A stretch of 63,342 nucleotides of DNA, filler included, from Myxococcota bacterium (GCA_049322255.1; 3 parts of 3 records of this genome joined end to end with filler, not necessarily neighbours in it), one strand, 5' to 3'; shown: positions 1 through 9,576, counted from the whole stretch's first letter. Translations and numbers: made by a program. Notes: generated by a model not told the origin, from the sequence alone.

Positions 1-756
1 ATGACACGGCGCTCGGAGCTCAAGCGGAAGTTCGAAGGTAAGGACGTGCTCGGGGGGCTCCTCGAGCTGGCAGGCAGCGACCTCTCGGTGGAGGAGGTGC
101 TCTTGGCGTTTGAGGACGCGAAGAAGGCCAAGTTGCCCGCCAGCGACGTCATTCCCTCCTTCTTCGATGGTGAGCCGCGCTTTGCCGACCCCTCGCTCGC
201 CCAGCGGCTGTTCGGAAACCTCCTCGGCCTGTGGGACTTGGTGCAATCGGGCGGAAAGGTCGAGCTCGACCGAGCCCCTCGGGAACGACCGAAGAAGGTG
301 AAGCCCACGCCGCCCTCGCCGTTCGGGGAAGCGCCGAGCGAGGAGGACGTGGAGGCCGCGTGGCGATACCTGGAAGACGTGGAGAGGCTTGACAAGAAGG
401 AGTGGAATCGGCTCCAACACCGTTTCGAGAATGTTCAGGACGCGCTGTTGGGTTTCCTGGACGAGCAGGCGCTGTCCGATGAGGGTGACGCCTGTGCCCG
501 GCTGCTCTTCTTCGAGCTGTTCTCGATGATCGAGCTGGGCTGGCCTCCGGGGTGCGCGGCGGTGACGCCGGCGGCGCTCGCGAAGGAGGGCGGTGAGGCG
601 CCGCCCGAGGCGCTCCTGTCGTACGCGGACGAAGCCGTGTTCGAGGCGGAGCATGACGAAGAGTCGCCCCTCTCGGCCTCCGAAGGCCAAAAGGTGCGCG
701 ACGTGGTGAAGCGAGGCTTGGCGGCGCTGTGGAACACCCGCAAGCCCAAGAGGTGA
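1..756 (+). CDS. Hypothetical acidic protein
   Basis: 251-aa ORF with GC-rich codon usage, followed 11 nt later by the next ORF. It begins at base 1, so the true start could lie upstream. Confidence 0.75.
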   Translation: MTRRSELKRKFEGKDVLGGLLELAGSDLSVEEVLLAFEDAKKAKLPASDVIPSFFDGEPRFADPSLAQRLFGNLLGLWDLVQSGGKVELDRAPRERPKKVKPTPPSPFGEAPSEEDVEAAWRYLEDVERLDKKEWNRLQHRFENVQDALLGFLDEQALSDEGDACARLLFFELFSMIELGWPPGCAAVTPAALAKEGGEAPPEALLSYADEAVFEAEHDEESPLSASEGQKVRDVVKRGLAALWNTRKPKR

Positions 757-767
757 CGGAGCTGCAC

Positions 768-1328
768 ATGGCACGGAACAAGGAACGGGACGAAGGCGGC
801 GGTTTTTCCGGTAAGCGCAACAAGTCGTGGCGGGAAATCGACGCCCAGCGTGGCAAGAGCAAATACCACTCGCGCCAAGACGACCCCACCCAGCAGCGCA
901 TCGAGCGCAGCGCCAGCTACGAGAAGTACAAGGCAGCCGCTGACGCGCTCTTCACCGGCGGCGAGCTGCCCGAAGGGCTGGCCAAGACCTTCGACCCCGA
1001 GGGCAAGCGCAAGACCCAGAAGGAGGCGATGCTCAAGCTGCGCGAGCTGCCCGACCGCAAGTCGTGGGTGGAGGGGGTGGTGGCGTACCTCGAGAAGTAC
1101 CCCGAGCTGCCCGATGACGCCTACTTCCTCGATTCGCTGCTCGACCATCCGCGTGACCGCATCGTGGACAAGTCGCTCGCCCGGCTGGAGCTGTTGCACG
1201 AGGAGGGCAAGCTGATGGCCAAGCTGCCCAAGAGCCTGGAGCAGCGCCTGCGCACGCTGGAGATGACTTCGATGGACCCCGAGGTGCAACAGCGCGCCAA
1301 GGACCTGCGCGAAAAAATCCGCGCGTAA
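768..1328 (+). CDS. Hypothetical helical protein
   Basis: ATG at 768 preceded by GGAG; sequence MARNKERDEGGG...; strong GC3 bias. Confidence 0.8.
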   Translation: MARNKERDEGGGFSGKRNKSWREIDAQRGKSKYHSRQDDPTQQRIERSASYEKYKAAADALFTGGELPEGLAKTFDPEGKRKTQKEAMLKLRELPDRKSWVEGVVAYLEKYPELPDDAYFLDSLLDHPRDRIVDKSLARLELLHEEGKLMAKLPKSLEQRLRTLEMTSMDPEVQQRAKDLREKIRA

Positions 1329-1331
1329 CCG

Positions 1332-1367
1332 CCCCCTCTCCCCCTGGGAGAGGGTTGGGGTGAGGGG
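1332..1367. repeat. REP-like palindromic repeat (CCCTCTCCC-n-GGGAGAGGG-nnn-GGGTGAGGGG)
   Basis: Intergenic hairpin CCCTCTCCCCCTGGGAGAGGGTTGGGGTGAGGGG. Related copies at 5009-5043, 5058-5090 and 19914-19947. Confidence 0.85.
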
Positions 1368-1377
1368 CCGTTTTCAC

Positions 1378-2028
1378 ATGTCCTTCCTCGACCTCCCTGC
1401 GCCGCACGGGCTGCTCGAAGCGCTCTACTGGAAGGCGGAAGACGCCCACGCCGCCGCAGTGGTCTGCCATCCTCACCCCCAGCACGGCGGCACCATGCAC
1501 AACCACGTCACCTACCGCCTCGCCCAGGCCCTGCGGGAGGCGAAGGTGAGCGCGTTGCGTTTCAACTTTCGCGGGGTGGGGCGTTCCACCGGCGTCTACG
1601 ACCATGGCGAAGGAGAGCTCGCCGATGCCGGAACCGCGCTCGACTATCTGGCGGCGAACGAGCCGGAGGTCCCTCTGTGGGCGGCCGGTTTCTCCTTCGG
1701 AGCACGGGTCGCGCTCCGGCTGGCTGCCCAAGATGCCCGGGTGGAGAAGGTGCTCGCGACAGGGCTGGCGGTCGACCTCTACGATTTCGAGTTCCTCACC
1801 CAGCTTCACAAGCCCAAAGCGATTGTTCACGCCGAGCACGACGAGTACGGCGGCCTGGCGAAAGTGGAAGCACTGGTGAAGCGGCTCCCCGGGCCAACCA
1901 AGCTCTTCGTGGTGCCCGACTGCGACCATCTGGCCACCGGCCGGCTCGACGCCTTTCTAGAGGTGGCGCGCAAAGCGGTCGACTGGTTGCAAGTTGACCC
2001 AGCAGACCTCGTTGTTCCCGAGAGTTAA
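1378..2028 (+). CDS. Alpha/beta hydrolase
   Basis: Motifs CHPHPQHGGTM, RFNFRGVG and nucleophile elbow GFSFG; catalytic Asp/His candidates in HDEYG and DH. Confidence 0.92.
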   Translation: MSFLDLPAPHGLLEALYWKAEDAHAAAVVCHPHPQHGGTMHNHVTYRLAQALREAKVSALRFNFRGVGRSTGVYDHGEGELADAGTALDYLAANEPEVPLWAAGFSFGARVALRLAAQDARVEKVLATGLAVDLYDFEFLTQLHKPKAIVHAEHDEYGGLAKVEALVKRLPGPTKLFVVPDCDHLATGRLDAFLEVARKAVDWLQVDPADLVVPES

Positions 2029-2072
2029 GCGCCCGCCCCGGCGGGGGGAGAAAGCGTGTGCTAATCTTCCAC

Positions 2073-2358
2073 GTGATGAAGGCGCAAGATCAGCACGAGC
2101 TCGAGGCCAAAGAGGTTGCAGAACGGCTGGCTGAGACGCTCGAGATGATGCAGCCTTTCCGACGTGGCTGAGCGAGGTGTCAGCGCCGCAGAGGCCCTTC
2201 CCGCTCTCCTGTTGGACCTTTCCCGCCGCGGAATTACCGATATCGCCTTGACCGGCGGGCTCGCGTTCGGCGCTTGGGTCGCGCCTCGGTACACCAAGGA
2301 CTTCGACCTTTGCGCCATCGTCCCCCAGGCGGCGGTGGATGCACTCCCCGCGCAATGA
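2073..2358 (+). pseudogene. Truncated TA-like module: small protein remnant plus N-terminal fragment of a nucleotidyltransferase
   Basis: Short ORF (V)MKAQDQHELEAKEVAERLAETLEMMQPFRRG* overlaps a 64-aa ORF (2164-2358). The latter carries GGLA...APRYTKDFD and stops right after the DxD motif. Confidence 0.55.
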
Positions 2359-3629
2359 ACGTCTTGCATCTCCGACTCCCTCGGCCCCGCCTGGCGTCGA
2401 GCCTCGTTGCCGTAGGCCTCGCCGCGGTGATCGGTGCGAGCTGCGCGCGAACCCATGCCGGTGCCGGCCCCGCGGCGGTCACCGCCGCAACCCCGTTCGA
2501 TCGCGTCGTTCGCGATGTGTGCGACAAGCGCATCGTGTTGCTTGGCGAGGACGCCAATCACGGTGGCGGTGGCACGCTCGCGGCCAAAACAGCTCTGGTG
2601 ACGCGGCTGATCGACGAGTGTCAGTTCTCGGCGGTGGTCTTCGAAGCCAGCCTCGCCGAGTTCGTCGACCTGAACCGCGCGTTCGCTGCGGGCAATGCGT
2701 CCCCGGCCCACGTCGCTGACGCCATCGGCGGGTTGTGGTCGGTGGCCCGCGAATCGGATCCACTGATCGCGGCGTTATTCGAGCGCGCGCAGCGCAAGCA
2801 GGTGGTGCTGGCCGGACTCGATGGACAGATCGGCTCGACCAACCTGTACGTGCAGGCCGGGCTCACCGACGAGTTGGCCGGCTACCTCGCCAACCCGCGC
2901 CGCTCGGCTTGTCACGCCGAGCTCCAGCGGCACGCGCGCTGGGAATACCACGATGCGTCGCCGTTCGACGGAGCCACGCGCGAGCGGTTGCGGCAATGCC
3001 TGACTGAGATCGAGGCCGCGGCCTCGGGGCGAGCTCAATCGACACCTGCCGAAGAGGCGGCGGCGATGGCGATTGCATGGCGGAGCGCGATCGAGGCGTT
3101 CGATTCTACCTTGTCGAGCAGCGCCGGATTCAATACGCGCGACCGGGCGATGTATCAGGCGCTGCAGTGGCACGTCACTCGCCTGCCGCAGGACAGCAAG
3201 ATCATCATCTGGTGCGCGACGGTCCACGCGGCGAAGGACCTGCGCGGCGTTCCCGAGCTCGCCGAGTTGATACCGCTCGGTTCGTACGTGCATCGCGACT
3301 TCGGCGAGGCCGCTGCCGCAATCGGCATCTCCGCGCTGGGAGGTAGCTTTGGGCGGCCCAAGTCGCCCGCAACCGGGCTCGTCCCTGCACCGGCGGACTC
3401 GCTCGAAGCGCGTGCCTTTGCCAGCGAAGGCTCGAGCGATGTCGGGTATCTCGGGCGAGCCGACCTCGCCAAGTTCGGTTCCGGCACAGCGCGCGCTCTC
3501 AACTACAGCAGGCTCACGGACGCGCCTTGGCACGAGATCATTGATGGTCTACTCGTGCTGCGTCAGGAGCGCACACCGACGTACGTCCACAATCCGAAAC
3601 CGCGGCGCACGAACCCACCCGCGCAGTGA
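2355..3629 (+). CDS. Erythromycin esterase (Ere) family lipoprotein
   Basis: Lipobox-like IGASC; motifs IVLLGEDANHG, VVFEAS, RDRAM and IIIWCATVH. Start overlaps the upstream stop (ATGA). Confidence 0.85.
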   Translation: MNVLHLRLPRPRLASSLVAVGLAAVIGASCARTHAGAGPAAVTAATPFDRVVRDVCDKRIVLLGEDANHGGGGTLAAKTALVTRLIDECQFSAVVFEASLAEFVDLNRAFAAGNASPAHVADAIGGLWSVARESDPLIAALFERAQRKQVVLAGLDGQIGSTNLYVQAGLTDELAGYLANPRRSACHAELQRHARWEYHDASPFDGATRERLRQCLTEIEAAASGRAQSTPAEEAAAMAIAWRSAIEAFDSTLSSSAGFNTRDRAMYQALQWHVTRLPQDSKIIIWCATVHAAKDLRGVPELAELIPLGSYVHRDFGEAAAAIGISALGGSFGRPKSPATGLVPAPADSLEARAFASEGSSDVGYLGRADLAKFGSGTARALNYSRLTDAPWHEIIDGLLVLRQERTPTYVHNPKPRRTNPPAQ

Positions 3630-3817
3630 ATTCGACCGCAAGCCAGCTCGAGCTCTTGCCCTCCAATCGCTCCCAGGCCGAAAAATCGGCCCCGCAAGCG
3701 CAGTTCTTCTAGGGGTTTACGCGAACTCCCAGGCCGCATAGAGTTCGCCGGCCAAAAAGGCGACAAGCCGCTACAGGCTTGTAGGCTGTACTTGGCGCGG
3801 AGGGTACCAAAGCATTG

Positions 3818-5257
3818 ATGGCTGACCGGCCGGATGCGCTCCTCAAGAGCGCGCTCGAAAAAATCGTGTACTTCGAGGCGCGCTCGGAGCAGCTCTCCAA
3901 CGACTTGAACCAGGCGCGGGCGGAAGGAGAGCGACTGCGCCAGGAGCTGGCCGCCTCGGCGCAGCGGGAAATCGAGCTTCGGCGCACGGTGGCGGAGCTG
4001 GAGGTGCGGACAAGCCGCGCCCACGCCGAGCGGGAAGAGCTGGCCCGGCTCAACGACGCCCTCAAGAGCGAGCGCACCCAGCTCATCGGCAAGGTGCTCG
4101 AGGCCTCGCGCATTCACGCCGCCGGCGAGGCGGGCGAGGCAGAGTCGTTCGACTTGGCCAGCTTCATCGCCGAGCTGCGCGAGGCAGCGAGCGCGCAGAG
4201 CGCCAAGCCATCGCTGGCGGCGGTGGCGCCCAGCCCAGCGCGCCCCGCCCCAGGGGGGGTGACGCCGCACGCCACCCGGCTGCAGGCCCAAGGCCGTCTC
4301 CAAGTCTCCACCACCGAGGTGCTCGAGTTGTCGCAGGGCCCGGGCAGCTTTCCAGGGCGCTCGGAGGAGACCCTCTTCGGCTTCTCGGTGCGCGAGCTGT
4401 CGGCGCCCGACCCCGCTTCGCGCATTCGAGCGGCAGAGCGGCTTTCGGCGCTGGGGCACCCGGCGGCGGCACCGGCGCTGGCCAGTGCGCTCAACGCCGA
4501 AGAAGACCCCAAGGTGCTGGTCGCGCTGCTCGAGGCCTTCTCTCAGTTCAACTTCCAGAGCGGAGAGGCGATTCTCTCCCCCAAGCTGCAGTCCCCACAC
4601 CCCGAGGTGCGGCTCGCGGCGCTCAAGGCGCTGGTGACCCTGGCGCCCGACGGAGCGGGCCCGCACCTGGCGGCGGCGATGAAAGACCCCGACCGCGCGG
4701 TGCGCCGGCGCGCCTCTTTGCTCGCGCTCTCTCTCTCCGGGGACGCCGCCCACCGTCTGGGCGAAGAGGCCGCGCACGATGAAGACCCCGAGGTGCGCGC
4801 GCTGGGAGCGCTGGTGCTCGGGGCCAGCGGCGGCGAGCGGGCCCGGCCCCTCTTGCAGGCAGCGCTGCGCGACCCCGAGAAGAAGGTGCGCGCCGCTGCC
4901 GCCCAGAGCCTCTCCCGCCTCTTGGGTGAAGACCTCTCCGCGTTGGTGGACTTGGATGAGGCCAAGCGCCGCCGCGAGGTGCGCCGCATCGCCGCGCTGC
5001 CCTTAGCTCCCCTCTCCCTGTGGGAGAGGGAAAGGGTGAGGGGCGGCAGCTCGGGTTCCCTCACCCCCTCCCTCTCCCAAGGGGAGAGGGTGTGCGGCGA
5101 GCTCTTACGCGAGCTGCGCATCGCCATTCGTGGGCGCACCCTGGCCGAGCTGGCCGCGGCGGCCCACGGAGACGCCCGCGTGGCACAAGAGGCGTGCGAG
5201 CTTCTGGTGGCGCGGGGGCAGGCCGTGAAGCGGGGAACGAAGTACTTCGCCGCGTGA
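3818..5257 (+). CDS. pomY: PomY, coiled-coil plus HEAT-repeat cell-division positioning protein
   Basis: N-terminal coiled coil, HEAT/PBS-like repeats and a short C-terminal wHTH-like domain. Lies directly upstream of a ParA ATPase and a PomX-like protein, as in M. xanthus pomY-pomZ-pomX. Confidence 0.85.
   Translation: MADRPDALLKSALEKIVYFEARSEQLSNDLNQARAEGERLRQELAASAQREIELRRTVAELEVRTSRAHAEREELARLNDALKSERTQLIGKVLEASRIHAAGEAGEAESFDLASFIAELREAASAQSAKPSLAAVAPSPARPAPGGVTPHATRLQAQGRLQVSTTEVLELSQGPGSFPGRSEETLFGFSVRELSAPDPASRIRAAERLSALGHPAAAPALASALNAEEDPKVLVALLEAFSQFNFQSGEAILSPKLQSPHPEVRLAALKALVTLAPDGAGPHLAAAMKDPDRAVRRRASLLALSLSGDAAHRLGEEAAHDEDPEVRALGALVLGASGGERARPLLQAALRDPEKKVRAAAAQSLSRLLGEDLSALVDLDEAKRRREVRRIAALPLAPLSLWERERVRGGSSGSLTPSLSQGERVCGELLRELRIAIRGRTLAELAAAAHGDARVAQEACELLVARGQAVKRGTKYFAA
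5009..5090. repeat. Inverted REP doublet inside the pomY coding sequence
   Basis: Copy 5009-5043 and inverted copy 5058-5090 of the 1332-1367 repeat. Translates as PLSLWERERVRG-GSSGS-LTPSLSQGERV. Confidence 0.85.
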
Positions 5258-5269
5258 CGAGGTGACGAC

Positions 5270-6220
5270 ATGGAAGCACCCAACTACTCGCCCAAGCACG
5301 CCGCCGAGCTCCTCGGCGTTCCCGTCAAAGCCCTGCAAGGCGCGCTGAAGAAAGACCTCTACAGCTGCGAGGAGCTGTGGCAGCTGCGCACCACCCTGGC
5401 CCGGCACCCGGCGCCCTTGGGCCACCGCAAGCAGCTCTTCCTCAACTTCAAGGGCGGCACCGGCAAAACCTCCCTCTCCACCAGCTACGCCTACCGCTTG
5501 GCCGAGCTGGGCCACCGGGTGTTGCTCATCGACTTGGACTCCCAGGGCCACGCCACCAAGTGCCTGGGGTACGAGGGCGAAGACTTCGAGAAGACCTTGC
5601 TCGACGTCTTGGTGCGCAAGGTGCCCATCTCCGAAGTCATTCAAAAAACCCCGCTTCCCAACCTGGCCTTCGTGCCCTCCAACCTCTCGATGAGCACGGT
5701 GGACTTGGCGCTGATGCCCATGGCCGGGCGGGAGTTCAAGCTCAAGAACGCGCTGCGGGAGGTCGAGGGCCAGTACGACGTCCTCCTCTTCGACGCCCCT
5801 CCCTCCTTCGGGCTGCTCAACTTGAACGCCCTGATGGCAGCCAACGACCTCTTCGTGCCGGTGCTGGCCGACTTCCTCTCCTTCCACGGCCTCAAGCTGC
5901 TCTTCGAGACAGTGCAAAGTCTGGAGGAGGACTTGGGCCACGTGCTCGACCAGGTGTTCATCGTGGTGAACGCCTTCAACGCCACCTTCAAGCTGGCCAA
6001 GGAGGCCTTGGAGGCGCTGCGCCAGCACTACCCGGAGTACTTGCTCCCCACTCTGGTGCGGCAGTGCACCAAGTTCGCCCAGGCCTCCAGCGAGGGCGTG
6101 CCGGTATTCGTGGCCGACCGCGAGTGCAAGGGAGCCAAAGACATCAACGCCCTCATCGATGAGGTGATGGGCCGGCTCCAGGCCGCGAAGAGCGCGGCCG
6201 AGGCCAAGCGCGCGGGCTAG
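5270..6220 (+). CDS. pomZ: PomZ (AgmE), ParA/MinD family ATPase
   Basis: Deviant Walker A KGGTGKT, IDLDSQGH and FDAPPS; N-terminal extension; lies between pomY and pomX. Confidence 0.92.
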   Translation: MEAPNYSPKHAAELLGVPVKALQGALKKDLYSCEELWQLRTTLARHPAPLGHRKQLFLNFKGGTGKTSLSTSYAYRLAELGHRVLLIDLDSQGHATKCLGYEGEDFEKTLLDVLVRKVPISEVIQKTPLPNLAFVPSNLSMSTVDLALMPMAGREFKLKNALREVEGQYDVLLFDAPPSFGLLNLNALMAANDLFVPVLADFLSFHGLKLLFETVQSLEEDLGHVLDQVFIVVNAFNATFKLAKEALEALRQHYPEYLLPTLVRQCTKFAQASSEGVPVFVADRECKGAKDINALIDEVMGRLQAAKSAAEAKRAG

Positions 6221-6246
6221 AAACCGCGAAGGAGGAGCGACGCTCG

Positions 6247-7197
6247 ATGAAGAAGGCCTTCGACCAGAACGTTTCCCGCGCCAAGCCCCGCGTGCGCTTG
6301 GGCGCGCTGCCCTTTGCCCCTGAAGCCCCTGCCGACGCCCAGGGGGGAGACTCCTCCGACCTCGCCGCCCAAATCAAAGACCGCGCCGAGAAGGCCCGTG
6401 CGCCCAAGCTGCCCGCCGCCGAGAGAGTGCAGCTAGCCCTCGACTCGCCGACGTCGGAAAGCCCCAGGGCCCACGCCGAGCCGCCGCGCGAAGCAGTGGA
6501 GGTGCAGACCCCGGGCATCCCCTTGCCGGTGCCAGAGGAGCTCGCTCCCCACGCCCGCCGCGAGCGGCTGAAGAAGCGCCTGGAGGCGGTACGCGAAAAC
6601 CCCCGGCCCGAGCCCTTGCCCGCCACCGTCGCCGAGGCGGGGGTGATGGCGGTGGAGCGCATCGAAGTCCTCCAGGCCGAGCTCTCCAAGCTCAAGGCCT
6701 TGAACCTCTCCCTCACCCAGGACTTGGAGTCGGCCCGCCGCACCGCCGAGCGCGCCACCGAGGAGGCCCGCCTGCGAATGGAGGAGGCCCGCCGCCTCTC
6801 CACCGAGATGGAGGCGCGGGTGAAGCTGCTCGAGGACTTGGAGCGCGAGCTCTCCTCCCTCGAGGGAGAGCGCGACGAGGCGCTCCTGTCCTTGCAGCAG
6901 ACCCGCCACGCGCTGGAGGCCGGTACCCAGGAGCGCATCAATCTCCAGGCGGAGATTGACAAGCGCGAGGCAGCGCTGGCCGAGAGTCTCTCCGAAGAAG
7001 AGCGGCTGGCCGGCGAGCTGGAGGCGGCCCACGAAGACGCCTCCGGACTGCGCCGCGCGGTGGATGCGCTCAAGCAGGAGCGCGACACCTTGGCGCGCCA
7101 AGTGAGCGACCTGACCCGGGAGCGCGCCGAGCTGCTCGAGGCGCGTAAAGCCCTGGAGGCGGTACACCGGGCGCTCAGCCACGCGGTGGCGCGCTGA
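6247..7197 (+). CDS. pomX: PomX, ATPase-activating coiled-coil protein
   Basis: N-terminal peptide MKKAFDQNVSRAKPRVRLGAL matches the PomX activating peptide; Ala/Pro linker then long coiled coil; RBS AAGGAGG. Confidence 0.9.
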   Translation: MKKAFDQNVSRAKPRVRLGALPFAPEAPADAQGGDSSDLAAQIKDRAEKARAPKLPAAERVQLALDSPTSESPRAHAEPPREAVEVQTPGIPLPVPEELAPHARRERLKKRLEAVRENPRPEPLPATVAEAGVMAVERIEVLQAELSKLKALNLSLTQDLESARRTAERATEEARLRMEEARRLSTEMEARVKLLEDLERELSSLEGERDEALLSLQQTRHALEAGTQERINLQAEIDKREAALAESLSEEERLAGELEAAHEDASGLRRAVDALKQERDTLARQVSDLTRERAELLEARKALEAVHRALSHAVAR

Positions 7198-9576
7198 CTA
7201 CTTCGTGTCCAAGTCGCTGACCGCCTTCCACGGCGGCGGCGGCGGTGTCTCGAGGAAGCGCGCGCATTTCTCCTTCAGCACCTTGGAGGGCCCGTCCTCG
7301 GGCACAAGGCCCAGCGCCTGCTGGAGCAGCGGCAACGCCTGCGCGAACTGGCCCGCGCGGTAGAGCGAGAGGGCTTGCGCGTACAGACCCACCAGCGAAG
7401 TCGTCTTCGCATCGAGCTGGCCTTTCTTGGCCAAAAGCTCGTACACCGCCACCACCTGGGTTTTCCCCGGCACCACGATGAAGTCCAACTCGCGGGCCTC
7501 GATGTCGCCCTTCGCCAGCTCGTAGGTGCGCGGGCCGATGAGGATGCGGGTGCCGTAGGCCTTGTTCGCCCCTTCCAGGCGGGAGGCGAGGTTCATCCCG
7601 TCGCCGATGGCGGTGTAGTCGAGCAAATACTCGCTGCCCATGTTGCCGACGAACATCACGTCGGTGTTGATGCCGATGCGGGTGTGCAGCACGGGCAGCC
7701 CCTCTTGGACGAACTGCTGGCCTAAGCGGGCGAGGGCTTCTTGCACCTCCAGCGCGGCCCAACAGGCGTACACCGCGTGCGGGTAGTCGTGCAGGGGCGC
7801 TCCGAAGATGGAGACCACCGCGTCGCCGATGTACTTGTCGATGCAGCTCTTGCGCGCCTGCAACACCGCGGTCACCACCGTGAGGTAACGGTTGAGCAGC
7901 TTCACCAGCTCGGCGGGGCGGTCGCGGTATTGCTCGGAGAGGGTGGAGAACCCGCGGATGTCCGAGAAGTACGCCGTCACCTCCCGACTCTCCCCGTGCA
8001 GCTTGGGCAGCTCTCCTTCCGGCATCTCGATGAGCTCGTCCACCACTTCCTTGGCGAGGTAGTTGGTGAACAGGCCGCGAATGCGTTCCCGCTCCTTGCT
8101 GGCGAAGAAGTGGTTGAAGGCGACCGCGGTCACCGAGGCGAGCTCGCCGGCCAGGGTGGGCATCGCCGACAGCACGTGCACCTTGGTCAACACCAAGAGC
8201 GAGCCGGTGACGACGAAGAAGCCGAAGAAGAGGAGCAAAGGCCAGGCAATCTCCAGCACCGTCGACTTGAGGACGACGATGAGGCTCACCGAGAAAAGGG
8301 CGACGACGAAAGCCAAGAGCGCCGACACCCAGAAAGGCGCGTAGGTGATGAAGCGGCCATCGAGCAGGTTTTGAATCACCGCCGCCTGCTTGGTCACCCC
8401 CGGGGTGAGGCTGGAGAAGGGGGTCGCCTTCTGGTCGGAAAGACCCACGGCGATACCGCCGATGAGCACGATCTTGTCCTTGAACAAGCCTTCGGGCAGC
8501 TGTCCCTTTTTCCCTCGTTCCTTCCTGTCCCGGTCGTTGAGCACCGATATCAAGGACACTTGTGGGAAGCGCTCCTCGAAGCGTCCGCCGTAGTCGATTT
8601 CGGCGTCGCCCTCTTCGTTGATGGCGATGACCCGCTCGCCCACCTTGAGCTGCTTGGGCGACAGCTCCACCCGGTCGGCCTTCCACAGATCGGCCACCAG
8701 CGCCAAAGGCAAGGTGACGTAGGAGTGCACCCCGTCGGTGTAGGCGAAGCGGGTGCGGCGCATCTTGCCATCGCCGTCCACCTCCGCGAGCACCAACCCG
8801 AAGCCGGAAGTGACGTCGAGCAGCGGTTCGATGGGAGGAACGGGGAAGCACTTCGCCGTGGCGCAGTTTTCATCGGTCACGAAGGTGGGCAAAGAAAGCC
8901 CTGTCGTCACCACCGGGAAGGCGAGCGCCTGGGCGATGCGGGTCCGCTGCTGGCCCTCGTCCTCCGGGAGAGGCTCTTCGGGAAACGTCTCCTCGGCGGA
9001 AGCGGGGAGCGTCGTCCCCTCGGGAAGAGGGCGGGGCGCCGGCGGCTGAGGAAAGCGGTTCTTGGCCTCCACCTTCGGTAGCTCGATGCCGGCCGTCGGG
9101 CTGAAACCAAAGCCCACGTAGTACGGAACGCCAAGCTCGCTCACCGTCCGCCCCATCTTCACGTCACCGGCGACATCGGAGTCCGGCTCGTCGACGATTG
9201 CGTCGTACACCACCGCCTTGGCACCCTCTTTCATCAGGTGCTCGAAGACGAAGGACCAGAGGTCGCGGCTATAAGGCCAGGAGCCGAAAGCCTCCGCATA
9301 GGCGCGGTCGGTGCGAATCCCCTTCATCGAACCGTCGTCGATGGCGATGACCACGATGTCCTTGGACTTCTCCACCTTGCCCCAGGGAAACCAGTCCTCG
9401 CCGGTGAAGAAGGTGAGGCCGTTGTCGTACGCCCCGGCCTCGGCGTCGGAGAGCCCCAGCCAGTCCAGGCGCTGGCAGAGCACCGCCAACGCGGTCGCCA
9501 AGAGCGACACCAGCACCATGAACTTCCAGTTTCGGGCCAGCCGTAGCCTGAGAACTTTCAAGGGCGAGAAGCTCAC
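7198..9576 (-). CDS. CHASE2-domain class III adenylate cyclase with C-terminal TPR-like helices
   Basis: CHASE2 motifs (IVVIAIDD, WPYSR, DGDGKMRR), three TM helices, and cyclase motifs FSDIRGFS, DKYIGDAV, YTAIGDGMNLASRLEG. Confidence 0.92.
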   Translation of the reverse strand: MSFSPLKVLRLRLARNWKFMVLVSLLATALAVLCQRLDWLGLSDAEAGAYDNGLTFFTGEDWFPWGKVEKSKDIVVIAIDDGSMKGIRTDRAYAEAFGSWPYSRDLWSFVFEHLMKEGAKAVVYDAIVDEPDSDVAGDVKMGRTVSELGVPYYVGFGFSPTAGIELPKVEAKNRFPQPPAPRPLPEGTTLPASAEETFPEEPLPEDEGQQRTRIAQALAFPVVTTGLSLPTFVTDENCATAKCFPVPPIEPLLDVTSGFGLVLAEVDGDGKMRRTRFAYTDGVHSYVTLPLALVADLWKADRVELSPKQLKVGERVIAINEEGDAEIDYGGRFEERFPQVSLISVLNDRDRKERGKKGQLPEGLFKDKIVLIGGIAVGLSDQKATPFSSLTPGVTKQAAVIQNLLDGRFITYAPFWVSALLAFVVALFSVSLIVVLKSTVLEIAWPLLLFFGFFVVTGSLLVLTKVHVLSAMPTLAGELASVTAVAFNHFFASKERERIRGLFTNYLAKEVVDELIEMPEGELPKLHGESREVTAYFSDIRGFSTLSEQYRDRPAELVKLLNRYLTVVTAVLQARKSCIDKYIGDAVVSIFGAPLHDYPHAVYACWAALEVQEALARLGQQFVQEGLPVLHTRIGINTDVMFVGNMGSEYLLDYTAIGDGMNLASRLEGANKAYGTRILIGPRTYELAKGDIEARELDFIVVPGKTQVVAVYELLAKKGQLDAKTTSLVGLYAQALSLYRAGQFAQALPLLQQALGLVPEDGPSKVLKEKCARFLETPPPPPWKAVSDLDTK

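Noticed and set aside
7198..9576. Cyclase as an antiphage (Pycsar/CBASS-like) component or part of the Pom system
   Set aside because: Ordinary membrane CHASE2 adenylate cyclase with no adjacent effector; it is convergent with pomX, not co-transcribed.
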